The translations under genes and the position numbers were made by a program. A model generated the notes under the pieces. The model was not told the DNA's origin. It did not search any database and worked only from the letters and a program-made list of their open reading frames with translations. DNA of 64,000 bases from positions 42,408,001 to 42,472,000 of the forward strand of contig NC_086104.1 in NCBI RefSeq assembly GCF_963921235.1. Direction: 5' to 3'. The stretch is from Mobula hypostoma. Lineage: Eukaryota. Of this stretch, positions 12,350-24,336 are shown piece after piece (position 1 is the first letter of the stretch; the number at the start of each line of letters is the position of its first letter).

Positions 12350-12700
12350 CTTTTCCGAGGGCACTGCGCCTTTAAACCTGCGTTGGCCGGTGTGTCGGCG
12401 GCGCATGCGTATTAGACGTTTGCTCTGAGCGTTGCTGCGGCCGCAGCACTGAGCCTGGTGGAGGAGGCAAAGAACAGGGTGCCGACCGTGGCACTGCCGC
12501 CGCCACCGCCACCACCATGTCCTGCAGCCTGCTGCATTTCTGCTCCTTCCAGGATCTCAGGGTCATCCACAATTTCCTCTTCCCGCGACAGAAGGAGGAA
12601 GCGAAGGCCGGCGGTAGGTGACGTCTTCTTGCATGGGGATCGAGGGGCCGGGCTCGGCGTCTGGGAAAGGGGTTTAGAGCCTGCGAGACAGAACTGAGCT
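12350..12700 (+). promoter_or_regulatory. RAB3GAP2: CpG-rich promoter/first-exon region of RAB3GAP2 with NRF1-like site
   Basis: Local GC/CpG enrichment; GCGCATGCG at 12401-12409; GCC-rich leader with gccaccaccATG at 12517; CRE-like TGACGTCT just inside intron 1. Confidence 0.7.
12517..12613 (+). CDS. RAB3GAP2: RAB3GAP2 exon 1 (coding part)
   Basis: MSCSLLHFCSFQDLRVIHNFLFPRQKEEAKAG resembles the vertebrate N-terminus MACSIVQFCYFQDL..FLFP; donor G|GTAGGT, phase 1. Confidence 0.92.
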
Positions 12701-13124
12701 GACATCTTCCCCCTGAGTTGGCAGGCTGGGGGTTCACGCCCCAGTTATGACTTGAGCTGCTTGCCTTTGCTGGCACCCCATTACCCAGTGAGCGCCGCCT
12801 GTCAGAGCGTCATTTCACAGAGCTGCTCGTGTGAAAGGCCCCCAAACACTTGCTGACATTTCCGGGCTGTTGATGATTTCCACATTGCTGTTTGTTGGGG
12901 TTTGCTGCATGCAAAGGCTTTGTGATCTCTATTCTTGTATTAAAGGTTGCCAATAAAGGTTTTATTTCCCATTGGAGAAACTGGAGATGGAGAAGAGGAA
13001 GAGCTCTATTGCTCAAACATCTTGTGATGTAATCATGCAGTTTATGGTGAAATCAAAACCTTTGGGCCTTGTTTTGATCAGGTCTACATTTGGATTACTT
13101 CTGCAGACCATTCTACGTCTGCTC

Positions 13125-13852
13125 ATTCAGAATCAGGTTTAATATCACCGCCATATGTCGTGAAATTTCTTAACTTAGAGGCAGCAAAACAATGACATAC
13201 ATGATAAATAACTATAGAGAACAAACCCGAGTCACATTAAGTTTATGAATGTCTCTTAAATATATAAGTTAAAATAATTAGTGCAGAAACAGAAATAAAA
13301 AAGTAGAGGTAGTGTTCATGGGTTCAATGTCCGTTTAGAAATCGGATGGCAGAGGGGAAGAAACTGTTCCTGAATCGTTGAGTGTGTGTCTTCAGGCTTC
13401 TATACTTCCTCCCTGACAGTAACAGTGTGAAGAGGACATGTCCTGGGTGGTGGGGATCCTTGATAATGGACGCTGCCTTCCTAAGGCACCGCTCTTTGCA
13501 GATGTCTTGGATACTACGGAGGCTAGTACCCATGATGGAGCTAACTAATTTTACAAATTTTTGCAACTTACTTCGATCTTGTGCACTAGCCCTCCCCCCC
13601 ACCCGTACCAGACGGCAGTGCAACCAGCCAGAATGCTCTCCATAGTAGAAGTTTTCTAGTGTTTTAGTTGACAAACCAAATCTCCTCAAACTCCTAATGA
13701 AATATAGCCACTGTCTTGTATTCTATTTATAGCTGCATCAATATGTTGTGTCCAGGTTAGGTCCTCAAGGATTTTGACACCCAGAAACTTGAAATTGCTT
13801 ATTCTCGCTTCTGATCTCTCTGTGAGGATTGATTTGTGTTTCCTTGTCTTAC
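13125..13852 (-). mobile_element. Rex1/Babar LINE 3' fragment
   Basis: ORF 13324..13689(-) KAASIIKDPHHPGH.LF.LL.SGR.YRS...RFRNSFFPSAIR; (GATTCT) tail. Confidence 0.85.
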
Positions 13853-14646
13853 CAGGGGTGTTTCCTTCACTGTGAACATGTACCCTGAATGCAATTGTTC
13901 TACTTAGTTTACATCCTCACTTGCCCCAGTGGGTTCAGTCACTCTCCAGGATGGTGTTGTCTCATCTGACATTTAGCCCACAGTAGGAGTCTGCAAAAAA
14001 AAAACTTGGAGATCAGAGTGGCTGAGGGTGGCAGGGTGGATGACATAGTAGCAGAATTCGGCTACTCGGCCCATCATCTGCTCTGCCAGACGTGTTGATC
14101 CTGGGTGTAGCGCACAAGATACTGTTGTATTTAGCCGATCATGGGTGCAGACTTGTTGATGCTACTTTGATTGCCAGTAGCAGAGGCAATCTGCCAACAA
14201 GAGAGTCAGGAGATACAGCTGGCCCCTGGAGCTCAATGTTGCTGCTGGTTCTTTGGGCCAGCAATGCAATGTGTCATGAGATTGGCTAACTGCTCTGGGC
14301 AGACAGTCGTTGCAGTGCAAACAACTGAATGGTTATTTACTAAGTACTGTATTTGTTTATCATACAGGAAATTACCTTGAAATTAGTATGCACTGGCAGT
14401 GCTGATTGTTGATGATCTTAAATGAACAATTGTTTTGATGGGAATGGTTTGGTGTTTAGTACATGAAAAGTAAAAACTTAAAATGAATGCAGTGTGATCT
14501 AACCCTTTAATTTTGGGTAAAAATTGCAAAAAAAAAATTCATTTACTACAGTAAATAATTACAGTGTGGAATGTTGGCAAAAGCTTGTCAAATTTTCTTT
14601 TGAGGGAGTACGGGTATCTAAAGCATGTCAGTTGCCCCTATATTTA

Positions 14647-16179
14647 CAGTGCCTTGAAAAAGTATTCAGCCCTCATAACTATTTTCACGTTTTACTGTCT
14701 CATTTTTCAAATTTAAAATGCATTGAAATATGATTTTTGATCTAATTTACAAAACATTGTGCATTATGCCAAATCAAAAGAAAAATTCCAAAACCTGTCA
14801 ACAATTTACTAAAAATTTTAAAAAATCAAAATTGTGAGGCTGAAAAAGGATTTATCCCCTCTATATTTACTACACTAACTTCCCTCAGGTGCAATAGTAT
14901 ATATTACTGTACCAGCTCATGTAATTTGTTAATGCAGGAAACTGGAGGATCACCTGTTTTTAATGAATTCATAAGAATAAATACCCCCTCTCTCTGTGAA
15001 TCTAGACCAAATCAAAATGAGGACAAAAGAGCATTCCAGCCAAGTCGGGGAAATGATAATAGAGAAGAACAAATCTGAGGAGGGTGCAAGACCATCTGAA
15101 AGGCACTGAACATACTTAGGAGCTCAGTGCAGTCCATTGTGAAAAAGCGGGAAAAATATGAAACCACAGACACCCTACCTAGGTCAGGCTGCCCTCTAAA
15201 CTTAGTTGCCAGAGAAGAATGGCACTTGTAAGATAGGCTACTGTGACACCAACAGTCACTCTGAGTGAGCTACAGAAGTCAGTGGCTGCATCTGGAGATG
15301 AAGTTCATGGCTTCACAATCTCAAATGTTTTGCACAAAATAGGTATTTATGGAAGAGTGGCAAGGAAGAAGCCCTGGCTTAAAAAATGCATAATTTTGCC
15401 TGTAAAGATTTTGCAAAGTGTCACTTAGAAGGTAATATATGGAAGAGGGTCTTGTGGTCGGATGAGACTAAAGTGGAACTTTTTAGCCTCAACACTAAGT
15501 AGTACGTGTAGTGTAACTCTAATACTGTACATCAGCCAAGTAACACCATCCCTACTATAAAGTATGGTGGAGGTAGCATCATACTCTGGGGATGCTTTTC
15601 AGCAACAGTGACTGGAAACCTGGTCAGGATTGATGGGAAGGTGAATGCTGCTAGATACACAGAAGATCCTGCTAGCCTCTGCCAGAGCAAGCATGGAGTG
15701 ATTTCAAATGAAGAAAATTGATGTCCTTGAGTGGCCCAATTCAAGTTTTGACCTTAACCCAATCGAACGTTTCTGGCAAGACCGCAAGATTGCTGTCCAC
15801 CGCCGCTCCCCAACTAACCTGGCACAGCTTGAGCAATTTTGCAAGGTGGAATGGGCAAATCTTACTCCATTGTGTTGTACAAAACTAATAAAGACTTTTC
15901 CAAAAGGACTACAGGCTGAAATAGCTGTGAGAGGTGGTTCAGCTAAGTACTGAGCGAAGGGGTGGGGGTGAATCCTTTTGAACTGCTGACATTTTTAGTT
16001 TTTGAAGTTTTAATTTTTCATGCTTTTCAATTTTCTCTGTTTTTTTTTGGGTTCTACTGTGAAAAAAGAAGCATGTGATTCACAAATAAAAATTCTCAGT
16101 TAAATTGATCAAAATCCCTGGATTTAGTACTCATTTATGTGAACAAAGGGTTGGGGGCTGAATACTTTACAAGGCATTG
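14647..16179 (+). mobile_element. Tc1-family DNA transposon, decayed transposase
   Basis: TIRs CAGTGCCTTGAAAAAGTATTCAGCCC / GGGCTGAATACTTTACAAGGCATTG, TA on both sides; GRVARKKP, VLWSDETK, WPNSSFDLNPIE, GGSAKY motifs; internal repeats of the TIR motif (IR/DR-like). Confidence 0.92.
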
Positions 16180-17001
16180 TATTTAGATTCTTGTATACAT
16201 AAAGTAAATGCTGACATGTTAATGGAGCAAGGTGCTTCAAGTTGTAAGTCTAAGGTATGCGTTAAGAATGCAGGACAAGGTCATACAGATCCTCAAACGC
16301 TGCTCCAGCTTTTCAAGACTGACCCTCTACCTACTCCAGTTTCTTGCTAGATTCCAGTCTTTGCTGGATTCATCTAACTAAATAGTTTGGCATTTGCAGT
16401 TCTCCCAAAGATTCATTAAAAAGGATCTTAATCTCAGTCCTAAAGAGTCAATTACTTATCGAAAAAGAGTAAGAGTTTGCCCCTCAGGGCAAAATCCCAT
16501 GGTGTAGGTTGGCTATTTTGGACCGAGGTGAACAGAAATATTTTTTCGTGTGAGTGTTGCAAGATGATGCCTCCTGGTAATTGACTCTCTAGTTGGAGAA
16601 AACAGATTCTTGATATTAATCCTGAGACCTTCTAAGCATCTTGTATGTGTCAAGATCACCCTCATTCTTCTAAATTCCATTGATTGTCAGCCAGTTTTAA
16701 TTTCTAAGAATAAAGCAACTTTTCATCCCAGAAATCAAGTAAATTGTGTTTCACGATCCACAGAACCTTTATAAATGGGTAAATTAGTTTATTATTATCA
16801 ATACTGAGGTACAGTGGAAAAACTTATCTTGCAGACCATCCATACACTCATTACATTACAATTATATTACAACAGTGCATTAAAGTAGCACAACGTAAAA
16901 CCCATGTGGAATAGTGTTACAGTTACCAAGAATTTGTAATTGTATACAATAAGATACAAGGCCAAAATGAGGTTGATTGTGAGGTCAAGAGTCAATCTTA
17001 C

Positions 17002-17268
17002 CATAGAAACATAGAAATGTAGAAAATAGGTGCAGGAGTAGGCCATTCGGCCCTTCGAGCCTGCACAGCCATTTATTATGATCATGGCTGATCATCCAAC
17101 TCAGAACCCTGCACCAGCCTTCCCTCCATACCCCCTGATCCCCGTAGCCACAAGGGCCATATCTAACTCCCTCTTAAATATAGCCAATGAACTGGCCTCA
17201 ACTGTTTCCTGTGGCAGAGAGTTCCACAGATTCACCACTCTCTGTGTGAAGAAGTTTTTCCTAATTCC
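17002..17268 (-). mobile_element. CR1 3' end
   Basis: (TTTCTATG)n tail; RKNFFTQRVVNLWNSLP. Confidence 0.85.
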
Positions 17269-17323
17269 TAACCACAATATGCTGGAGGAACTCAGCAGGT
17301 CGGGCAGCATCCGTGGAAACGAT

Positions 17324-17361
17324 CAGTCAACGTTTCGGGCCAGAACCCTTTGTCAGGACTG
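17324..17361 (-). ncRNA. Minimal type I hammerhead ribozyme motif (core mutated) in the Penelope terminal repeat
   Basis: Minus strand CAGTC-CTGACAA-A-GGG TTCTGG CCC-GAAACGTT-GACTG: perfect 5-bp stem I and 3-bp stem II; two CpG-type changes versus CTGACGA/GAAACGTC. Confidence 0.65.
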
Positions 17362-17988
17362 AAGAGGGAAGGGGCAGAGGCCCTATAAAGAACGTGGGGG
17401 GAGGGTGGGAAAGAGAAGACTGGTAGGTTCCAGGTGAATAACCATTAAGGGGAAAGATAAAGGGGGAGGGGATAGGCAGGAAAGGTGAAGCAGGAATAGT
17501 GGAAAGCACAATGGGTAGTAGAAGGAGGCAGAACTATGAGGGAGGTAGTAGGCAGCTGGGGGAGGGGGCAGAGTGAAACTGGGATAGGGGAAGGGAGCGG
17601 GAGGGAATTACCGGAAGTTGGAGAATTCAGTGTTCATACCAAGGGGCTGGAGACTACCTAGACGGTATATGAGGTGTTGCTCCTCCAACCTGAGTTTAGC
17701 CTCATCATGGCAGTAGAGGAGGCCATGTATGGACATATCTGAATGGGAATGTGAAGCAGAGTTAAAGTGGGTGGCAACCAGGAGATCCTGTCTGTTGTGG
17801 CGGATGGAGCAGAGGTGCTCGACGAAGCGGTCCCCCAATCTGTGTCGGGTTTCACCGATGTAGAGGAGGCCGCACCAGGAGCACCGGATGCAATAGATCA
17901 GCGGTCCCCAACCACCGGGCCGTGAAGAAACGATATGAGTCAGCTGTACCTTTCCTCATTCCCTGTCATGCACTGTTGAACTTGAACA

Positions 17989-18632
17989 TAGGGTTGCTAA
18001 CTGTCCTATATTTGCCGGGACATCCCGTATATTGGGTTAAACTGGTTTGTCCCATACGGGACCGCCCTTGTCCCGTATTTCCCCCGCTAAGGTAGAGCGT
18101 TCCTATGAAAGCTTTCGTGCCGAAATGGCGTAAAGCAAAGAAGCAATTACCATTAATTTATATGGGAAAAATTTTTGTGTGTTCCCAGGCAGGAAGTAAC
18201 CTACCAAATCATACCAAATAACACATAAAACCTAAAATAACACTAACATATAGTAAAAGCAGGAATTATATGATAAATACACAGCCTATATAAAGTAGAA
18301 ATAATATATGTATAGCATAGTCGTGAAGATTAAGCCAAAACCGATTTGTGGAGAAAGAAAATCGGCACGTACGCACATGCACACACAGGTGCCCATGCAA
18401 AGCTTCATGGCCATAGTAGTCTTACTCGGGGTAAACACAAGTGTCCTGTCAACACACACAAAAAATGCTGGTGAACGCAGCAGGCCAGGCAGCATCTATA
18501 GGAAGAGGTACTGTTGACGTTTCGGGCCGGGATCCTTCGTCAGGATTTGACTGCTACTTTTGTCCCTTATTTGGGAGTGAGAAAGTTGGCAACCCTAACT
18601 GTAAAAGACATGTTGAGGTGAGTTTAACCCTA
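17989..18632. mobile_element. Second non-autonomous hAT element nested inside the first
   Basis: Termini TAGGGTT...AACCCTA; perfect 8-bp TSD CTTGAACA at 17981-17988 and 18633-18640; internal TIR copy ending at 18597. Confidence 0.75.
18516..18543 (-). ncRNA. Hammerhead core with intact conserved nucleotides (stem I disrupted) in a Penelope mini-fragment at 18450-18546
   Basis: Minus strand CTGACGA-A-GGATCCCGGCCC-GAAACGTC. Confidence 0.6.
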
Positions 18633-20377
18633 CTTGAACACCCCCCCCGCCCCCCGATCGGCCGGTCCGCAAGAATATTGTCAATATTAAACCGGTCCGC
18701 GGTGCAAAATAGGTTGGGGACCCTGGCAAAAGATGACCCCAACAGACTCACAAGTGAAGTGTTGCCTCACCTGGAAGGACTGTTTGGGGCCCTGAATGGT
18801 GGCAAGAGAGGAGGTGCAGGGACAGGTGTAGCACTTACACTTACAGGGATGAGTGCTGGGTGGGAGATCCGTGGGGAGGGACGTGTGGATCAGGGAGTCG
18901 TGGAGGGACCGATCCCTGCGGAAAGAGGAGAGGGGTGGAGAGGGAAAGATGTGCTTAGTGGTGGGGTCCTGTTGAAGGTGGCGGAAGTTGTGGAGGATAA
19001 TGTGCTGGATCCGGAGGCTGGTAGGGTGGTAGGTGAGGACAAGGGGAACTCTGTCCCTGTTGTGGTGGCGGGAGGACGGGGTGAGGGCCGAAGTGCGGGA
19101 AATGGAGGAGATGGGGGTGAGGGCCGAAGTGCGGGAAATGGAGGAGATGTGGGTGAGGGCATCATTGATGACGGCAGCAGGGAAACTGCGAAATTCCCAG
19201 CCTGGTTCCTGTAAGGATCCAGTTTTACTTACCTGTTTCTCTGCTATACTGTCCATACAAGTCCTTCTGCGGTATCTTCCTCACATTTACTATTCCTATG
19301 GCACCATTCCCTCCTAGACATCGAACTCCTCTTCTCTTTGCAGTTTCCCATTCAACCTCTCTCCCTTATTGTAACCCTCCCCACTATTGCTCCTTCAGAT
19401 GAGGCAGCAATCTGTTTGTAATATATCTAGTTTATGCAGATACTGCCTTCACTGCTTAAAGTGAAACCAAATGCTGGTTAGGTAACCACTTTGCAGAAAA
19501 CCTCTATTTAATGCTGAAAGGGGGAATATATTCTCTATTCCACTCCCATGCTTGCTTGTCTTTGGCTTCTTGCATTGTTTCAATGTAACAGTTCATTCAA
19601 AGAACAGTGCCTTATGACTTGCTGAGCATGACTAGCATTTGTTTTTGGTTTGCAATATTTTATTTCCAGCTTCTGAAGCAAAAAAGACTGCTTTAGGAGC
19701 TCAGTGGTTTAGGCAGTATCTGTGGAGACGGAGGGATAGATGCTTGAGACAGGGTCTCAGTATAAGATGTTGACTATGCCTTTGTCCCCGGAGATGTTCC
19801 CTAATCCACTGAGTTCCTCAAGCTGTTTTATGTTAGGTTTGAGTTTCCTTTCTTTTCAATATGTTGGGGCTTATGCATTATTGAATTCCACAATAGTGAA
19901 CCTTGAATAGAAGTTTCTCTGACCTACCTTCTGCCACTGTTTAAACATGTTGAAATAAGTGGTGTTCAATTTTTAGGCATGATTATTAGTGCATCTTTGA
20001 GCGATGCTCATACCACCAGTGGACGTATTATGGTTAAACATCCATTGACCCAAAGTCTAAAGAGGTAAAAATTTTGCTGCTAAGTCTGAATTCCGTTCTA
20101 GGATTTGGATGTTAGATACAAGGGCCTAGGTTTCTGTATAGTATCAACTAAATAACCTACAAAGTATCAGAAATTGAGCATGTCGTCCTTCAGAACTGTT
20201 CTGCCGCTTAACAATATCATGGCTTGTTTTCAAAGTCGATGTTATTTCTACTGTTGATCCCCACATACCTGAATCCTATGCAATCTAAAATCTCTATTCT
20301 TGAAGAACAACTTGCTCATGTGAATCTAAGGTTGATAGTAGTTTATTTCTAAAGCGGTTTGATTGGGGCATGACTGC

Positions 20378-23300
20378 GCAAGCACTTGGGCGTCAGCCAG
20401 TGAGAACAACGAGAAGAATTTAAAAGGAAATCGTTATTTCTTCAGTGGTTTGATCGGGGCGCGACTGTGCAAATGCGTGGATGTCAGCCAGTTAGAACAG
20501 CGAGAAGAGTTTAAAAGGAGACAGCTTTATAGAGCAGGCACGGGAGTAGAGGGAGACAGAGTAGGAAGGCTTTGGCTCAGCGGGACTTCGGTGATAATGG
20601 GTCGAGGCGAGGTAGGTTGCCTGTGTAGAATACAGACAGGAAGAATGTGTGTGAGGCCAGTGTTCTGTGCTTGGTGTCAGATGTGGGAAGTCCGGGAGAC
20701 TCACAGCCTCCTGGACGGCCACATCTGCACCAGGTGTGTCAAGCTGCAGCTCCTCAGGGACCGCATTAGGGAACTGGAGATGCAGCTCAATGACTTTCGT
20801 CTGGTCAGGGAAAGTGAGAAGGTGATAGAGAGGAGCTATAGGCAGGTAGGATACCTGGGCCTCAGGAGACAGATAAGTGGGTAACAGTCAGGAGAGGGAA
20901 GGGCAAGAGTCAGATGCTAGAGACCACCCCTGTGACTGTACCCCTTGACAATAAGTACTCCTGCTTGGGTATTGTTTGGGGTGGGGTGGGGGGGACAGCC
21001 TACCTGGGGGAAGCAACAGTGGCCATGCCTCTGGCACAGAGTCTGGCCCTGTGGCTCAGAAGGGTAGGGAAAAGAAGAAGATGGCAGCAGTGATAGGGGA
21101 CTCTATAGTGAGGGGCGTCAGACAGGTGATTCTGTGGATGCAGGAAAGAAGCATGGATGGTAGTTTGCCTCCCAGGTGCCAGGTCCGGGATGTTTCTGAT
21201 GGCGTCCACTATATCCTGAAGTGGGAAGAACAGCCAGAGCTCGCGTCCATGATATCCTGAAATGGGAAGAACAGCCAGAGGTCATGGTACATTTTGGTAC
21301 CAACGTCATAAGCAGGAAAAGGGAGGAGGTCCTGAAAACAGACTACAGGTAGTTAGGAAGGAAGTTGAGAAGCAGGACCTCAAAGGTAGTAATCTCAGGA
21401 TTACTGCCTGTGTCACGTGACAGTGCAGTTTGAAATAGAGTGAGGTGGAGGATAAATTCGTGGCTGAGGGATTGGAGCTGGGGTAGGGATTCAGATTTCT
21501 GGAACATTGAGACCTCTCTTTGGAGCAGGAATGACCTGTACAAAAAGGACAGGTTGCACTTGAATCCCAGTGGGAGCAATATCCTGGCGGGGAGGTTTGC
21601 TAAGGCTATTGGGGAGAGTTTAAACTAGGATTGTGGGGGGGGGGGTGGGAACCAAACTAAAGAGACCGGGGAAGAGGCGGTTGGCTCACAGATAGAGAAA
21701 GCTTGGAGACAGTGCAAGAGGGAGGATAGGCAGGTGATAAAGAAGGGAAGCGCTCATACCGATGGTTTGAGATGTGTCTATTTTAATGCAAGGAGTATTA
21801 TGAACAAAGCGGATGAGCTTAGAGTGTGCATCAGTTCTTGGAGCTATGATGTTGTGGCCATTACAGAGACTTTCATGGCTCAGGGGCAGGAATAGTTACT
21901 TCAAGTGCCAGGCTTTAGATGTTTCAGAAAGAACAGGGAGGGAGGCAAAAGAGGTGGGGGCATGACACTGCAGATCACAGATAGTGTCACGACTACGGAG
22001 TCTCTGTGGGTGGAAGTTAGAAACAGGAAGAGGTCAATAACTCTACTGGGTGTTTTTTATAGACTACCCAGTAGTAACAGGGACATCGAAGAACAGACAG
22101 GGAGATAGATTCTGGAAAGGTGTAATAATAACAGGGTTGTCGTGGTGGGATATTTTAATTTCCCAGATATCAATTGGCATGTCCCTAGAGCGAGGGGTTT
22201 AGATGGGGTGGAGTTTGTTAGGTGTGTTCAGGAAGGTTTCTTGACACAATATGTAGATAAGCCTACAAGAGGAGAGGCTGTACTTGATTTGGTATTGGGA
22301 AATGAACCTTGTCACATGTCAGATCTCTCAGTGGGAGAGCGTTTTGGAAATAGTGATCACAATTCTATCTTCTTTACCATAGCTTTGGAGAGGGATAGGA
22401 ACAGAGAAGTTAGGAAAGTGTTTAATTGGAGTAAGTGGAAATATGAGGCTATCAGGCAAGAACTTGGAAGCATAAATTGGGAACAGATGTTCTCAGGGAA
22501 ATGTATGGAGAAATGTGACAAATGTTCAGGTGATATTTCCGTGGAGTACTGCATAGGTACGTTCCAATGAGACAAGGAAAGGATGGTAAGGTACAGGAAC
22601 CGTGGTGTACAAAGGCTGTTGTAAATCAAGTCAAGAAGAAAAGAAGAGCTTACGAAAGGTTAAAAAAAATAGGTAATGATAGAGATCTCGAAAATCATAA
22701 GGCTGGCAGGAAGGAGCTTAAGAAAGAAATTAGGAGAGCCAGAAGAGGCCATGAGAAGGTTTTGGCTGACAGGATTAAGGAAAACCCCAAGGCATTCTAC
22801 AAGTATGTGAAGAGCAAGAGGATAAGATGTGATAGAATAGGACCAATCAAGTGTGACAGTGGAAAAGTGTGTATGAAACCAGAGGAGATAGTGGAGGTAC
22901 TTAATGAGTACCTTGCTTCAGTATTCACTATGGAAAAGGATCTTGGTGATTGTAGTGATGACTTGCAGTGGACTGAAAAGCTTGAGCACGTAAATATTAA
23001 GAAAGAGGATGTGCTGGAGCTTTTGGAAAGCATCAAGTTGGATAAGTCACCGGGACTGGATGAGATGCACCCCAGGCTACTGTGGGAGGCAAGGGAGGAG
23101 ATTGCTGAGCCTCTGGCAATGATCTTTGCATCATCAATTGGGACGGGAGAGGTTCTGGAGGATTGGAGGGTTGCAGATGTTGTTCCATTATTCAAGAAAA
23201 GGAGTATAGATAGCCCAGGAAATTATAGACCAGTGAGTCTTTCTTCAGTGGTTGGTAAGTTGATGGAGAAGATCCTGAGTGGCAGGATTTATGAACATTT

Positions 23301-24230
23301 GGAGAGGCATAGTACGATTAGGAATCGTCAGCATGGGTTTGTCAAAGGCAGGTCAGGCTTTATGAGCCTGATTGAATTTTTTGAGGATGTGACTAAACAC
23401 ATTGATGAAAGTAGAGCTGTAGATATAGTGTATATGGATTTCAGCAAGGCATTTTGATAAGGTATCCCATGCAAGGCTTATTGAGAAAGTAAGGAGGCAT
23501 GGGATCCAAGGGGAGATTGCTTTGTGGATCCAGAACTGGCTTGCCCACAGAAGGCAAAGAGTGGTTATAGACGGGTCATATTCTGCATGGAGGTCGGTCA
23601 CCAGTGGTGTGCCTCAGGATCTGTTCTGGGACCACTATTCTTCGTGATTTTTATAAATGATCTCGATGAGGAAGTGGAGGGATGGGTTAGTAAATTTGCA
23701 GATGACACAAAGGTTGGGGGTGTTGTGGATAGTGTGGAGGGCTGTCAGAGGTTACAGCGGGACATTGTTAGGATGCAAAACTGGGCTGAGAAGTGGCAGA
23801 TGGCATTCAACCAAATTAAGTGTGAGGTGGTTCATTTTGGTAGTCAAATATGATGGCAGAATAAAGTGTTAATGGTAAGACTCTTGGCAGTGTGGAGGAT
23901 CAGAGGGATCTTGGGGTCCGAGTCCATAGGACACTCAAAGTTGCTGTGCAGGGTGACACTGTGTTTAAGAAAGCATACGGTACATTGGCTGTCATCAATT
24001 GTGGGATTGAGTTAGCAGCCAAGAAGTAATGTAGGACCCTGGTCAGACCCCACTTGGAGGACTATGCTCATTCTGGTCACCTCACTACAGGAAGGATGTG
24101 GAAACCATCTAAAGGATGTAGAGAAGATTTACAAGGATGTTGCCTGGATTGGGGAAGCATGCCTTATGAGAATAGGGTGAGTGAACTCGGCCTTATTTCC
24201 TTTGAGTGAAGGAGGATGAGAGGTGACCTG
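20378..24230 (+). mobile_element. Near full-length CR1 LINE (5' UTR, ORF1 zinc finger + SGNH esterase, ORF2 APE-RT), frameshifted, 3' end missing
   Basis: ORF1 CAWCQMW...HICTRC, VIGDSIVRG, DRLHLN; ORF2 YFNARSI, VVGYFNFPDINW, SDHNSI, KSPGLD, YRPVSL, YMDFSKAF, KFADDTK; duplicated ~70-bp unit in the 5' UTR. Confidence 0.95.
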
Positions 24231-24336
24231 CTCTCAAGACCAGACTGTGCAACAGTTTCTTCCCCCAAGCCATCAGACTCCTTAATACCCAGAGACTGGA
24301 CAGACATCTGCATCATTTATTATTATATTATTATAT

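Larger units (their letters stand above)
17899..18726. mobile_element. Non-autonomous hAT (Charlie/Buster-type) element
   Basis: TIRs CAGCGGTCCCCAACC / GGTTGGGGACCCTG; TSD CAATAGAT/CAAAAGAT (nnnTAnnn type). Confidence 0.8.
17269..19185 (-). mobile_element. Penelope-like element (Neptune type): RT C-terminus, GIY-YIG endonuclease and terminal repeat, split by a hAT insertion
   Basis: RVPLVLTYHP...CKCKCYTCP...FTCESVGVI|..LYIGET..GDRFVEH...THFN...LEEQHLIYRLGSLQPLGMN; 3' repeat contains a hammerhead motif. Confidence 0.9.

Noticed and set aside
12614-12620. Alternative exon 1 donor at 12618 (AG|GTGACG)
   Set aside because: Gives phase 2, incompatible with exon 2; the donor at 12614 restores the frame
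12372-12776. Antisense and alternative-frame ORFs over exon 1 (134, 97 and 79 aa)
   Set aside because: By-products of GC-rich sequence; the real frame starts at ATG 12517 and matches RAB3GAP2
18441-19214. 257-aa + strand ORF
   Set aside because: Antisense read-through across hAT and Penelope junctions; no recognisable domain
20363-24230. Possible active CR1
   Set aside because: Multiple stops and frameshifts in both ORFs, and the 3' tail is missing
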